A stretch of DNA of 32,000 nucleotides from Methylorubrum extorquens (GTDB taxonomy: Bacteria > Pseudomonadota > Alphaproteobacteria > Rhizobiales > Beijerinckiaceae). Position 1 is the first letter of the stretch, and every line of letters starts with the position of its first letter. Below the pieces are notes generated by a model. The model did no database searches, was not told where the DNA came from, and was given only the letters and a program-made list of their open reading frames with translations. The position numbers and the translations under genes are program-made. The stretch covers positions 4,590,001 to 4,622,000 of the forward strand of contig LT962688.1 in NCBI GenBank assembly GCA_900234795.1. The letters are read 5' to 3'. Shown one piece after another: positions 20,174 through 28,295 of this stretch.

Positions 20174-21225
20174 ATGACGCGTCCGGTCGGCTACTACGTC
20201 CATCATCAGGGCGCCGGGCACCTGCAGCGGGCGATCGCGCTCGCGCGGGCGCTCGCCGCGTTCGGGCGGCCCTGCACGCTGATGGGCAGCTTTGCCGGCC
20301 TCGACATCTCGGGCGCGCCGGGCCCCGTCCTCGATCTGCCCGACGACCGCCTCGACCGGAGCTTCGACGGTCAGGACGGCGCGGGGCAGCGGCCGGAATG
20401 CTTCCACTACGTGCCGCTGAACCATCCGGGCATCCGCGCGCGGATGGGGCGGATCGCCGCCTGGGCGGCGGAGAACGACCCGGCGCTGATCGTCGTCGAT
20501 GTCTCAGCCGAGGTGGCGCTGCTGGCCCGGCTCCTCTCAGTGCCGAGTCTCGTGGTGCGCCTGTCCGGCACCCGCACGGACCCGCCACATCTGGAGGCGT
20601 TCCGCGCCGCCTCGCGGCTGCTCGCCCCCCTTTCCCGAAGCACTCGATGGCGGGGATGTGCCGGCCTGGGTACGTGAAAAGACCGTCTATGGCGGCTTTC
20701 TCGGGGGGGCTCCGGCGGGGGCGGTCTCCGAGGAGGATGGGCGCATCGTCATGGTGTTCGGACGTGGCGGCGAGGGCGGGCGTCTGGAGAGGCTCGTTCA
20801 GGCGGCCGACGCCGTCCCGGACCGGGCTTGGCACGTCCTCGGGCCGGTGACCGGCGCGGGCGCGGCTCCGAAAAAACCTGCATCTCCACGGCTGGGTCAC
20901 GGATGTGCGCCCGCATCTCGCTCCGGCCTCCCTCGTGATTGGGGGCGCCGGCGACGGGCTCGTCACCGCCGTGGCGGGTCTCGGCAAGCGCTTCCTGTGC
21001 CTACCGGAGCCGCGTGCCTATGACGAGCAGGACGCCAAGGCGGAGGCGCTGGAGCGGCTCGGCGCGGCCGTCGTCCAACGCGGCTGGCCGGACCCCGCGG
21101 CCTGGGCCCCCCTCGTCGCCCGCGGTCTCGCCCTCGATCCGGACGTGGTTCGGCGCCTCGCCGAGCCCGACGCGCTGGCGCGGACAGCCGCCGCGATCGA
21201 GACCCTATGCCGGGATGCCGGCTGA
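20174..21225 (+). pseudogene. GT28/MurG-like glycosyltransferase interrupted by two +1 frameshifts
   Basis: The protein-like sequence continues across three frames: 20174-~20629 (MTRPVGYYVHHQGAGHLQRAIALARAL...RLLAP), ~20630-~20884 (FPEALDGG...RIVMVFGRGGEG...GAGAAPK), and ~20885-21225 (NLHLHGWVTDVRPHLAPASLVIGGAGDGLV...LPEPRAYDEQDAKAE...). The shifts fall in C6 (20625-20630) and A6 (20880-20885); removing one base from each restores a single ORF. Confidence 0.7.
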
Positions 21226-21314
21226 CGAGCGCTCAGGCCTTGACCCCCGGACCGGCCTCGGCGCGTTTCACGAGCCACTCCGGCGCGGGCGCGACGGTCG
21301 CGAGACACAGGATC

Positions 21315-21343
21315 GCGGCGGCGGGCAATCGCCCAACCGCCGC
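21315..21343. terminator. GC-rich hairpin between convergent genes (possible bidirectional terminator)
   Basis: GCGGCGG-c-GGGC-aatc-GCCC-aa-CCGCCGC. There is no clear U-tract on either strand. Confidence 0.35.
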
Positions 21344-21369
21344 GCCTTCATCCTTCCGGGTCGAGCCGA

Positions 21370-21663
21370 TCAGCGCTTGGGCGTATAGCTCGGGTCGCTG
21401 ATGCGGCGCAGGTTCTCCGGCGGCGTCTCCGCCTCCGTGGCCTCAACCGACTCAATGCTGCCGCCCGCGACCGAATCACGCCGATCGAAGTCGGAGGCCG
21501 TGCGCGCCACCTGGGCCTCCCCGCCCGGATCCTCCTGGAGGGCGCGCTGGAGATCGGCGGGGCGGGCGACGTCGAGGGGGCTGTCCTGCCCGAAATCCTG
21601 CCCGTTACGGTCGGCGTTCGCGTTGAAGTCGCGCAGGGAATCGTGCTTGCGGCTCTCGTCCAT
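21370..21663 (-). CDS. small acidic hydrophilic protein (97 aa), no hydrophobic core
   Basis: ATG 21663 is preceded by AGGAGAAGAACCGCT, and GC3 is high. MDESRKHDSLRDFNANADRNGQDFGQDSPLDV... No family recognised. Confidence 0.6.
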   Translation of the reverse strand: MDESRKHDSLRDFNANADRNGQDFGQDSPLDVARPADLQRALQEDPGGEAQVARTASDFDRRDSVAGGSIESVEATEAETPPENLRRISDPSYTPKR

Positions 21664-21725
21664 AGCGGTTCTTCTCCTGATGCGGAGCGGATCGTTCCGC
21701 TCGATGTCGGTGCAGCGCGCCGCCG

Positions 21726-21953
21726 TTAATGGGAGCGGTCGGTGCGGTCGGGGGCATGGCCCGGGCCGCTATGGGCGTGGTGCGCGTCGCGCTCGCCACC
21801 GCCCCCGGACACGCCGGACTTGGAGCTGTTCGTCGGGCTGCCCGGTGTCGGCCCGTGATCCGGCTCGGCGGCGGGCTTCGACCGGTCCTGATGGCTGCTG
21901 CCCGGCCCGCCGTGGTGACGGTCGGCGTTGGGATGTTTGCTGGAGGTGCTCAT
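21726..21953 (-). CDS. small His/Gly/Pro/Ser-rich hydrophilic protein (75 aa)
   Basis: ATG 21953 directly abuts the stop of the upstream small gene (TGAATG), with AGGA 8 nt upstream. GC3 is high. MSTSSKHPNADRHHGGPGSSHQDR...HHAHSGPGHAPDRTDRSH. Confidence 0.55.
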   Translation of the reverse strand: MSTSSKHPNADRHHGGPGSSHQDRSKPAAEPDHGPTPGSPTNSSKSGVSGGGGERDAHHAHSGPGHAPDRTDRSH

Positions 21954-22136
21954 TCAGCGATCCTGCTGATGACCCTGATGGGTGGTGTTGATCTTCGAGT
22001 TGCCCGCTTGGCCGATCTTGTCCGGGTCCTTCGTCTGCGACGAGGCTCGGCCCTGGGTGGTCGCGGTCTCGGGGGCGCTTCCCGGCCCCTTGTCGGAGCG
22101 GTTGGCCGGCGGAACGGGCGGGGGCTTGGCGGTCAT
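21954..22136 (-). CDS. small Pro/Thr/Gln/Lys-rich hydrophilic protein (60 aa)
   Basis: ATG 22136 (MTAKPPPVPPANRSDKGPGS...) is preceded by AGGAGCCTCG, and GC3 is high. The track start at 22154 is less well placed relative to the SD. Confidence 0.55.
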   Translation of the reverse strand: MTAKPPPVPPANRSDKGPGSAPETATTQGRASSQTKDPDKIGQAGNSKINTTHQGHQQDR

Positions 22137-22176
22137 CGAGGCTCCTGGGTTCAAAGGAGAGATGAGATCCCCGGAG

Positions 22177-22202
22177 AACCAGCCGCATCTCGAAGAGTTC
22201 GC
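22177..22202 (-). promoter_or_regulatory. candidate EcfG-type (general stress sigma) promoter upstream of the small-protein operon
   Basis: The minus strand reads gCGAAC-N16-GGTT, against the alphaproteobacterial EcfG consensus GGAAC-N16/17-CGTT (one mismatch in each box). It lies about 40 nt upstream of ATG 22136. Confidence 0.3.
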
Positions 22203-22530
22203 GCCGAGTGCCGAAAACTTTTTACGCGATGCGGCGGATCATCGCGCCACACCGCAAGAGATAGGGCCGGAATGATCGGCGCTACACGTGCGTGCGAGCC
22301 GTCAATGCTACGCTGCGCCACGAATGTTGCTTGGCAGGATCATGAGGCGGGCAGGGGGCAGCGCGGCCAAAACTGTGACGGCGCGTCATCCATGATGGGA
22401 GGCCGATCCGCCATCCGGCGGCGAAAATCCCGCGCGACGCCCGGAGCCTCTTCGAGGCCGCCGCTTCGCTTGTGCCTCTCAAGGTAAGGGCGTGAAGGGG
22501 ATCGACGGCATCCGCGCCCCCAAAAACCGC

Positions 22531-23404
22531 TCAGAACGGCCGCTCGGGCGGCACGCGCGCGGCGGCGATCTCCTCCGGGCTCGGGCCGCGCAGGAGGGTG
22601 ATGTCGGGCTCGCGGCTCTCGCCGATCAGGCCGAGCCGGGCGAAGGCGTCGAGCCAGCCGTCCATCGGCCAGAGCCCGTGCCGGGCGCGGAAGCGGCGGG
22701 CGTTGCGGATGATGTCGGCGAAGTGCTGGAGCGGCGGGTCGCAGGAGAGGTGGTGCTGGTGGAAGGCCGGCGGGGCGCCCGCCAGCAGCACCGGCACGCC
22801 GATCTCGGCCGCGCGAAAGGCGAGATCGGTGTCCTCGGCGCCGTAGCCGTCATAGCCCTCGTCGAAGCCGCCGAGCCGGTCATAGGTCGAGGCGCGCACC
22901 GCGAAGGCGAGCGACCAGAACAGGCCGGGATTCTGTGTCTCCGCCACGCCGCTGGACGGGAACGTCCGGGCCGGGTGGAGGAGGCCGGCCTGCAGAAGGT
23001 CGGCCTCCTGCCAGCCGTCCTGCACCGCGCCCGCGGGTAGGTAGCGGATCGGCCCGCAGACGAGGCCGTCATGCGCAGCCGCCGCCGAGGCCAGGGCCGG
23101 AACGAGGCCGGCGGAGGGGAATGCAATCGACGTCGAGGAAGACGAGGATGTCGCCGGAGGCCGCAGCCCGGCCGGCATTGCGCGCGGCGGCGAGCGGCAG
23201 GCCGGCGCTCGGGAAAGCGATCGGCCGCAGCGGGAACGGCGTCGCCGGCAGCGGCTCGGGGGCCGGGCCCATCTGGACTACGACGCATTCGGCGGGAGCC
23301 GGCCCGCGGGCGAGCCCTTCGATCAGTCGGGCGAGATGGGCGTCGCGCCCCTTGTTGAGCGTGACGACGCTGATGGTGCTCACGGGGATTCCGGTCCGGG
23401 CCAA
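22531..23404 (-). pseudogene. glycosyltransferase family 2 interrupted by one +1 frameshift
   Basis: The upstream part (23404-~23117) reads ...ISVVTLNKGRDAHL...AAARNAGRAAASGDILVFLDVDCIP. The downstream part (~23115-22531), in another frame, reads SAGLVPALASAAAAHDGLVCGPIRYL...GGFDEGYDGYGAEDTDLAFR. The junction is a 4-nt run (G4 at 23116-23119 on +); deleting one base gives ...DVDCIPSAGLVPAL... Confidence 0.7.
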
Positions 23405-23474
23405 GCTTTACGGTCGTACCCGTCCTGCCAGCCTCAACCTGAAACCCGGATGAAGAGGGTTCAGCGGAAGGAGA

Positions 23475-24212
23475 TCAGGGCAGCGCGATGTACCACTCGT
23501 GCGGGCCGCAGAGCCGGTCGATCATCGCCGTCTGCAACTGAAAGCCGGACGGATCGTCCGTGATCAGCCCGGAGACCTGCGAGGCGTGGGCCTCGACCGC
23601 CCGCCGCTTGGCCGCACGCTCGTCCTCCACCGCGAGGCGGTAGCCTTCGGGGGCCGGCCCGACCTCGCGCTCCGGCGGCAGGGTCCAGCCCCAGACCGGG
23701 TAGGCATAGGCCGCGATACCGGGAAGCCGGGCCTGGGCGAGACCGGCGATGGCGGCCGAGGCGGTGTGGTCGCAATGGGGATCGTGCCGCCAGGTCACGA
23801 ACAGGGCGCTCGCCCCGGCCTCTCGGGCGATGTCGGCGATCCGGTCCGCCGCCGCCTCGGCGTCTGCGCTCTCGCTCGGCACGCCGCCATCGGGCAGGCG
23901 CAGGAAATGGACATGCTCGGAACTCAGCCCGAGTTCGGCCATCGCCGCCACGGTCTCCGCCTCGCGCAAGTCCCGCAGGCGGTCGTGCGGATAGGCCTTG
24001 GAATTCGGGTGCGAGCCGCAGCCGTTGCTGACGATGACGACGCGGACAGTTCGGCCCTCTCGCACGGCCTGCGCGATCAGCCCGCCGCAGCCGAGGCTTT
24101 CGTCGTCGGGGTGGGGCGCGACCACGACGAGGCCGCCCCCGTTCGGCACCAGGGTCGCGAGATCGGCGACGGGCAAGGCCTTCACGGCCTCGAGGAAGGC
24201 GTCGGCACGCAT
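23475..24212 (-). CDS. PIG-L / LmbE-family de-N-acetylase
   Basis: VVVAPHPDDESLGCGGLIA...VVIVSNG...HPDH-type motif (HDPHCDH). ATG 24212 is preceded by AGGAGG, which overlaps the queC stop codon (GAATAGGAGGCTTCCCATG). Confidence 0.85.
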   Translation of the reverse strand: MRADAFLEAVKALPVADLATLVPNGGGLVVVAPHPDDESLGCGGLIAQAVREGRTVRVVIVSNGCGSHPNSKAYPHDRLRDLREAETVAAMAELGLSSEHVHFLRLPDGGVPSESADAEAAADRIADIAREAGASALFVTWRHDPHCDHTASAAIAGLAQARLPGIAAYAYPVWGWTLPPEREVGPAPEGYRLAVEDERAAKRRAVEAHASQVSGLITDDPSGFQLQTAMIDRLCGPHEWYIALP

Positions 24213-24222
24213 GGGAAGCCTC

Positions 24223-24954
24223 CTATTCCGCTCGCGCGGCGAGATAACGCGAAAATCCTTTGGCGCGCAGGTCGCAGGCCGGGCAGGTGCCGCAGCCATA
24301 GCCCCATTCGTGGCGCGCCCCGCGCTCGCCGAGATAGCAGGTATGGCTCTCCTCGACGACGAGATCCACGAGCGCGCGTCCGCCCAGGGTCTCGGCCAGC
24401 GCCCAGGTCTGCGCCTTGTCGATCCACATCAGGGGCGTGTGCAGCACGAAGCGGCGCTCCATGCCGAGGTTGAGCGCAACCTGCAGCGCCTTGATCGTGT
24501 CGTCGCGGCAATCGGGATAGCCGGAATAGTCGGTCTCGCACATGCCGCCGACGATGTGGCGCAGGCCCCGGCGGTAGGCGAGCGCGGCGGCGAAGGTGAG
24601 GAAGGCGAGGTTGCGGCCGGGCACGAAGGTGTTGGGCAGGCCGTCGCGGGCGAACGCGATGGCGCTGTCGCGGGTCAGCGCCGTGTCGGAGATTTCGCCG
24701 AGCGCGGCGAGCGCCAGCGTGTGATCCGGCCCGAGCCGGCGTCCCCAGGCCGGATCGAGGGCGGTCAGGCCCTGCCGCAGGGCCGCGCGCCGGTCGAGTT
24801 CGACCCGGTGGCGCTGGCCGTAATCGAAGCCGAGCGTCTCTACATGCGGGAAGCGATCGAGCGCCCAGGCGAGGCAGGTCGCCGAATCCTGGCCGCCGGA
24901 GAACAGCACCAGCGCACCGGCCTCACCGCCCGCCACGGCCGCGTCCTCCGGCAT
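24223..24954 (-). CDS. queC: 7-cyano-7-deazaguanine (preQ0) synthase
   Basis: [19 protein letters not shown]...[11 protein letters not shown]..., and the C-terminal Zn-Cys cluster [25 protein letters not shown]. Confidence 0.93.
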   Translation of the reverse strand: MPEDAAVAGGEAGALVLFSGGQDSATCLAWALDRFPHVETLGFDYGQRHRVELDRRAALRQGLTALDPAWGRRLGPDHTLALAALGEISDTALTRDSAIAFARDGLPNTFVPGRNLAFLTFAAALAYRRGLRHIVGGMCETDYSGYPDCRDDTIKALQVALNLGMERRFVLHTPLMWIDKAQTWALAETLGGRALVDLVVEESHTCYLGERGARHEWGYGCGTCPACDLRAKGFSRYLAARAE

Positions 24955-24956
24955 GG

Positions 24957-25313
24957 TCAGTCGCCCTCGTACTCGGCCCAGGAATAGGGCGTCTCGAAGA
25001 TCCGCACGCTGGAAAGCCCCGGAATCGCCGGCTTGGCGCGATGCCAGATCCAGGCCGCGATATGCTCGGCAGTGGGATTCTCCAGCCCCTCGATCTCATT
25101 GAGGCAATGGTGGTCGAGCCGCTCCAGGAGCGGCGCGAAGGCGCTCTCGATGTCGTAGAAATCGACCACCCAACCGCTCGTCGGATCGACCGCGCCGGAG
25201 ACCGTCAGCTCCACGCGGTAGGAATGCCCGTGCATGCGGTGGCAGCGATGGGTCTGCGGCACGTTCGGCAGGCGGTGGGCCGCCTCGAAGGTGAAGGCCT
25301 GGGTGATCTTCAT
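24957..25313 (-). CDS. queD: 6-carboxy-5,6,7,8-tetrahydropterin synthase
   Basis: [40 protein letters not shown]...VDFYDI...LDHHCLNEI. 118 aa from ATG 25313. The stop is 2 nt before the queC start. Confidence 0.92.
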   Translation of the reverse strand: MKITQAFTFEAAHRLPNVPQTHRCHRMHGHSYRVELTVSGAVDPTSGWVVDFYDIESAFAPLLERLDHHCLNEIEGLENPTAEHIAAWIWHRAKPAIPGLSSVRIFETPYSWAEYEGD

Positions 25314-26143
25314 CGCGGGATCTTCACGAGGTCCGGAACGGTCCCGCCGCGGACAGCGCAGCGGGTTGTCGGCGGCCGGCGGGCGCACCGAGATCGTGGA
25401 TATGTCACCACATTGGCCGAAATGCACCCTCTATCCGGTCTTTGCAGCCGCGAGCCCGCGTGTGGTGATCGTGCCGGCGCGGCCCCCTCGAACCGGACCG
25501 ACCTCATCGCCTGGGACCGCTCGGACGATTCGTTCGAGATCGGGCTCGGGTTCAAGGGGAGGCTGCAGAGGGCGTTCGGACCCGATCGCGACGTGGAGGC
25601 ACGATCGTTACCCGCCGATGCACGCAGCGCTGGCGTCCGGCCCTGTGGCGAGCATCGATCAACGAACGCGGGTGCGACGGTGGGCCGGAGGCAGCTCCGA
25701 CGCCCAATCTGGCTGGGGAGCGATGTCACGCCCATCCAGGCACACGAAGCGGCGAGCGTGGCCCGTTGGGGTTACGGCTACCATCCATAATCGACGTTGC
25801 GCGCGTTGGTTGTTCATCTCAAGCTCTCGTCGCCGGCTTTCGTCGCGCTGCCACGACTGAACTGTCGCGCAGGATGCTCGTCAGCATTCCTGCACCCTTC
25901 AAAAAACCGCCGGTGCTCGCGCTGCATGCAGAAAGAACTCCTGTCGTCGCGAGTGCGGCAGCAAGATTACACATAAAATCATGGCCTGGAGCCGTATCCG
26001 ACCTGATTGCATCAGGCTGGCGGCTCTCGGTCTTTGTTTCGATGCGCAGTCTTTCGACGAACCGGTGGCCGCTCCTTCGGAATGCGGTCTGGCCGAGTCG
26101 TCTTATGTCATGATGCAGGAAGCATCAGGCGAGATGGAGAGTC

Positions 26144-27388
26144 TTGATGAAGATCTCATGCGTCGGTGCGGGGCCTGCCGGACTGTATTTCGCGATCGTG
26201 ATGAAGCGGCGCAACCCGAACCATGAGATTGTCGTCCACGAGCGAAACCCAGCGGGAACGACGCATGGCTGGGGCGTCGTCTTCTGGGAGGATCTTCTTG
26301 CCACCCTGCGGACCAACGATCCGGACAGCGCGCAGGCGATCGCGGATCAGGCGGTTCCCTGGTCCGGGCAAGTGGTCGACGTCGAGGGGCAACCGCCGCT
26401 TCACCACGGAGGCGGGGGCTACGGCCTCTGCCGTCGTCGCCTCCTGCAGATCCTCATCGAGCGGGCGCTCGCGCTCGGCGTCGACGTGCGGTTCGAGAGC
26501 GAGATCAGCGAGCTGAGTCAGGTCGCTGATGCCGACCTCATCGTGGCGGCCGACGGTGTCGCGAGTCCGTTGCGTCGGCACCGCGCGGATCAGTTCCGGC
26601 CGCAGATCGAAGCCGGCCGCAACAAATACCTCTGGCTCGCAACGACACAGCGTTTCCCGTCCTTCACGTTCGGATTCGTTCCGACCAGCGCCGGATGGGT
26701 CTGGTTTCATGCCTACTCCTTCAAGGAGGGAATGAGTACGTTCATCGTGGAATGCGCACCGGAGACGTGGAAGGGGCTCGGTCTTGGCACGATGCGCGCG
26801 GATGCCGAGCTGCGGCTACTGGAAAGCATATTTGCCAAGCATCTCGACGGGCACGAACTGATCAGCCGCGATGGCCAGGGCCACACGCTGCCATGGTCGA
26901 GCTTCCGCAGGTTGGTCAACCGAAGGTGGCGCGCGGACAACTTGGTGCTGATCGGCGACGCCGCGCATACGACACATTTCACGATCGGTTCGGGAACGCG
27001 TCTGGCCATCGACGACGCGATCGCGCTCGCCTCGGCCTTGAGCGAGCACGACAGCCTTCCCCGCGCCCTCGACGCGTTCGACCGTCGACGCCAACGCGCA
27101 CTCGCTCGGGTGCAACGGGATGCGCGCCTGAGTGCGGAATGGTTCGAGAACCTTCCGCGCTACATCCGCTACAACGCACCCGCCTTCTTCACGCTCCTGC
27201 TCGCGAGGCGCTCTCGTCTGCTGAAGCGGATACCTGCGAGAACATACCTGTATTTGCGTGGTCAATATACCAAGCTGACGGGTCGTGCGGCCGCACCTCT
27301 CGGGCGAATCGGCGGACCGGCGCACCCGTTCGGATCAAAAGCCAAATGCGGCATCGCCGGAGCCGAACCGGGAGCCCCCCGCCATTGA
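26144..27388 (+). CDS. FAD-dependent monooxygenase (aromatic-ring hydroxylase-like)
   Basis: Dinucleotide-binding motif MKISCVGAGPAGLYFAIVM...HER, and a later LIGDAAHTTHFTIGSGTRLAIDDA motif. GGAGAG lies upstream of ATG 26144/26147. GC is visibly lower than in flanking genes. Confidence 0.8.
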   Translation: MMKISCVGAGPAGLYFAIVMKRRNPNHEIVVHERNPAGTTHGWGVVFWEDLLATLRTNDPDSAQAIADQAVPWSGQVVDVEGQPPLHHGGGGYGLCRRRLLQILIERALALGVDVRFESEISELSQVADADLIVAADGVASPLRRHRADQFRPQIEAGRNKYLWLATTQRFPSFTFGFVPTSAGWVWFHAYSFKEGMSTFIVECAPETWKGLGLGTMRADAELRLLESIFAKHLDGHELISRDGQGHTLPWSSFRRLVNRRWRADNLVLIGDAAHTTHFTIGSGTRLAIDDAIALASALSEHDSLPRALDAFDRRRQRALARVQRDARLSAEWFENLPRYIRYNAPAFFTLLLARRSRLLKRIPARTYLYLRGQYTKLTGRAAAPLGRIGGPAHPFGSKAKCGIAGAEPGAPRH

Positions 27389-27480
27389 CGCTGTCAGCGC
27401 CGGAGCGGGCTGAGAGCCGCGACTCCGGATCGGCGCCGAAGTCGGCGAGGGCACCAGCGTCGTGCTGAGCCTTCGCGGCC

Positions 27481-27765
27481 TTACAACCCGGTCGGCACCG
27501 TCTCACCGCCGAGCGCCGCCTGAATCTCGCTCTGGCCCGCATCTGCGTGTTCGCCCTGAGCTGGCCAAGGTGGAAAGGGCATCCAATCCGTGAACGCGTC
27601 CGACGCGTAGCCATGGTCGCACGAAGCGACCCGCCAGGGCTCGCTGTCACTGGAACTGCGCGGATCCCAGCGAATGACGGCGCGGCGGTCCGGCTCGCGC
27701 CGGTTGATGGCGATGATCCAGCGGCCGTCGCGGGGCGCCCGATCCATGATCCGCCAGCTCCACAT
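27481..27765 (-). CDS. DUF551-like small protein (phage-associated family)
   Basis: The pattern W-x-I-x-x-AP-RDG-x-W-I-I ... W ... FTDWMPFPPWP matches the recalled DUF551 pattern (..TAPKDG..IL...W.....THWMPLPEPP). Assignment is from memory only. Confidence 0.5.
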   Translation of the reverse strand: MWSWRIMDRAPRDGRWIIAINRREPDRRAVIRWDPRSSSDSEPWRVASCDHGYASDAFTDWMPFPPWPAQGEHADAGQSEIQAALGGETVPTGL

Positions 27766-27857
27766 CGATCAATCCTCGGATCCTCAGACCTGGGGACCCT
27801 AAACGCTGGATCAGGTCAGACCGTTCGGTCTGCTCAACTCAAATCGTCCGTCGCTCG

Positions 27858-28295
27858 TCAGCCCGGCTGGCGTTTCGTGATCGGCCGGAGCGGACCGTTG
27901 AACGGGCCCGGCTTCATGCCGTGTTCGCGGGCACGCTCCCCGATCAGAGCCTGTCCGCCCAACAAGGAGGCGATCGGCGCGGACTGCATCTCGAGGCTAT
28001 TGAGGGCCCGCCCGATCTGCCGCCCCTCCCACCAGAATTCGGCGAAGAGAACGGCGAGGACCCCGAGTAGCCCCCAGGTCAGGAGATCCCACCCGAGGAT
28101 GTACACGCCGTAGGGTGGCGACAGCGCGGTCCCGAGATACGACAGGCCGATCGCTGCCGCGAAGCCGAGGACGAGGATCAGGGGCAGGCGGATCATCAGG
28201 CGCCGGTAGTGGCGCAGGGCGAGGTTGAGTTCCTCGACGGAGGAGTGATCGAGCCTGAGCGCCGCGGCGTCCGGCGTTGTGGAATCAGGCGGCAT
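27858..28295 (-). CDS. hypothetical membrane protein (2 predicted TM helices)
   Basis: ATG 28295 is preceded by AAGGA. Hydrophobic segments: LPLILVLGFAAAIGLSYLG and LLTWGLLGVLAVLFAEFWW. No family recognised. Confidence 0.5.
   Translation of the reverse strand: MPPDSTTPDAAALRLDHSSVEELNLALRHYRRLMIRLPLILVLGFAAAIGLSYLGTALSPPYGVYILGWDLLTWGLLGVLAVLFAEFWWEGRQIGRALNSLEMQSAPIASLLGGQALIGERAREHGMKPGPFNGPLRPITKRQPG

Noticed and set aside
20625-20885. Programmed ribosomal frameshifting or classical phase-variation as the explanation for the GT frameshifts.
   Set aside because: There is no slippery heptamer with a downstream structure of the known programmed type. Tracts of 4-6 nt are shorter than typical contingency-locus repeats. 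This is kept only as a minor alternative inside the frameshift findings.
22282-22482. 66-aa minus-strand ORF in the gap between the small-protein operon and the GT2 pseudogene.
   Set aside because: Third-position GC is clearly lower than in real genes of this window, there is no SD, and the sequence is Arg/Ala/Ser-rich and featureless.
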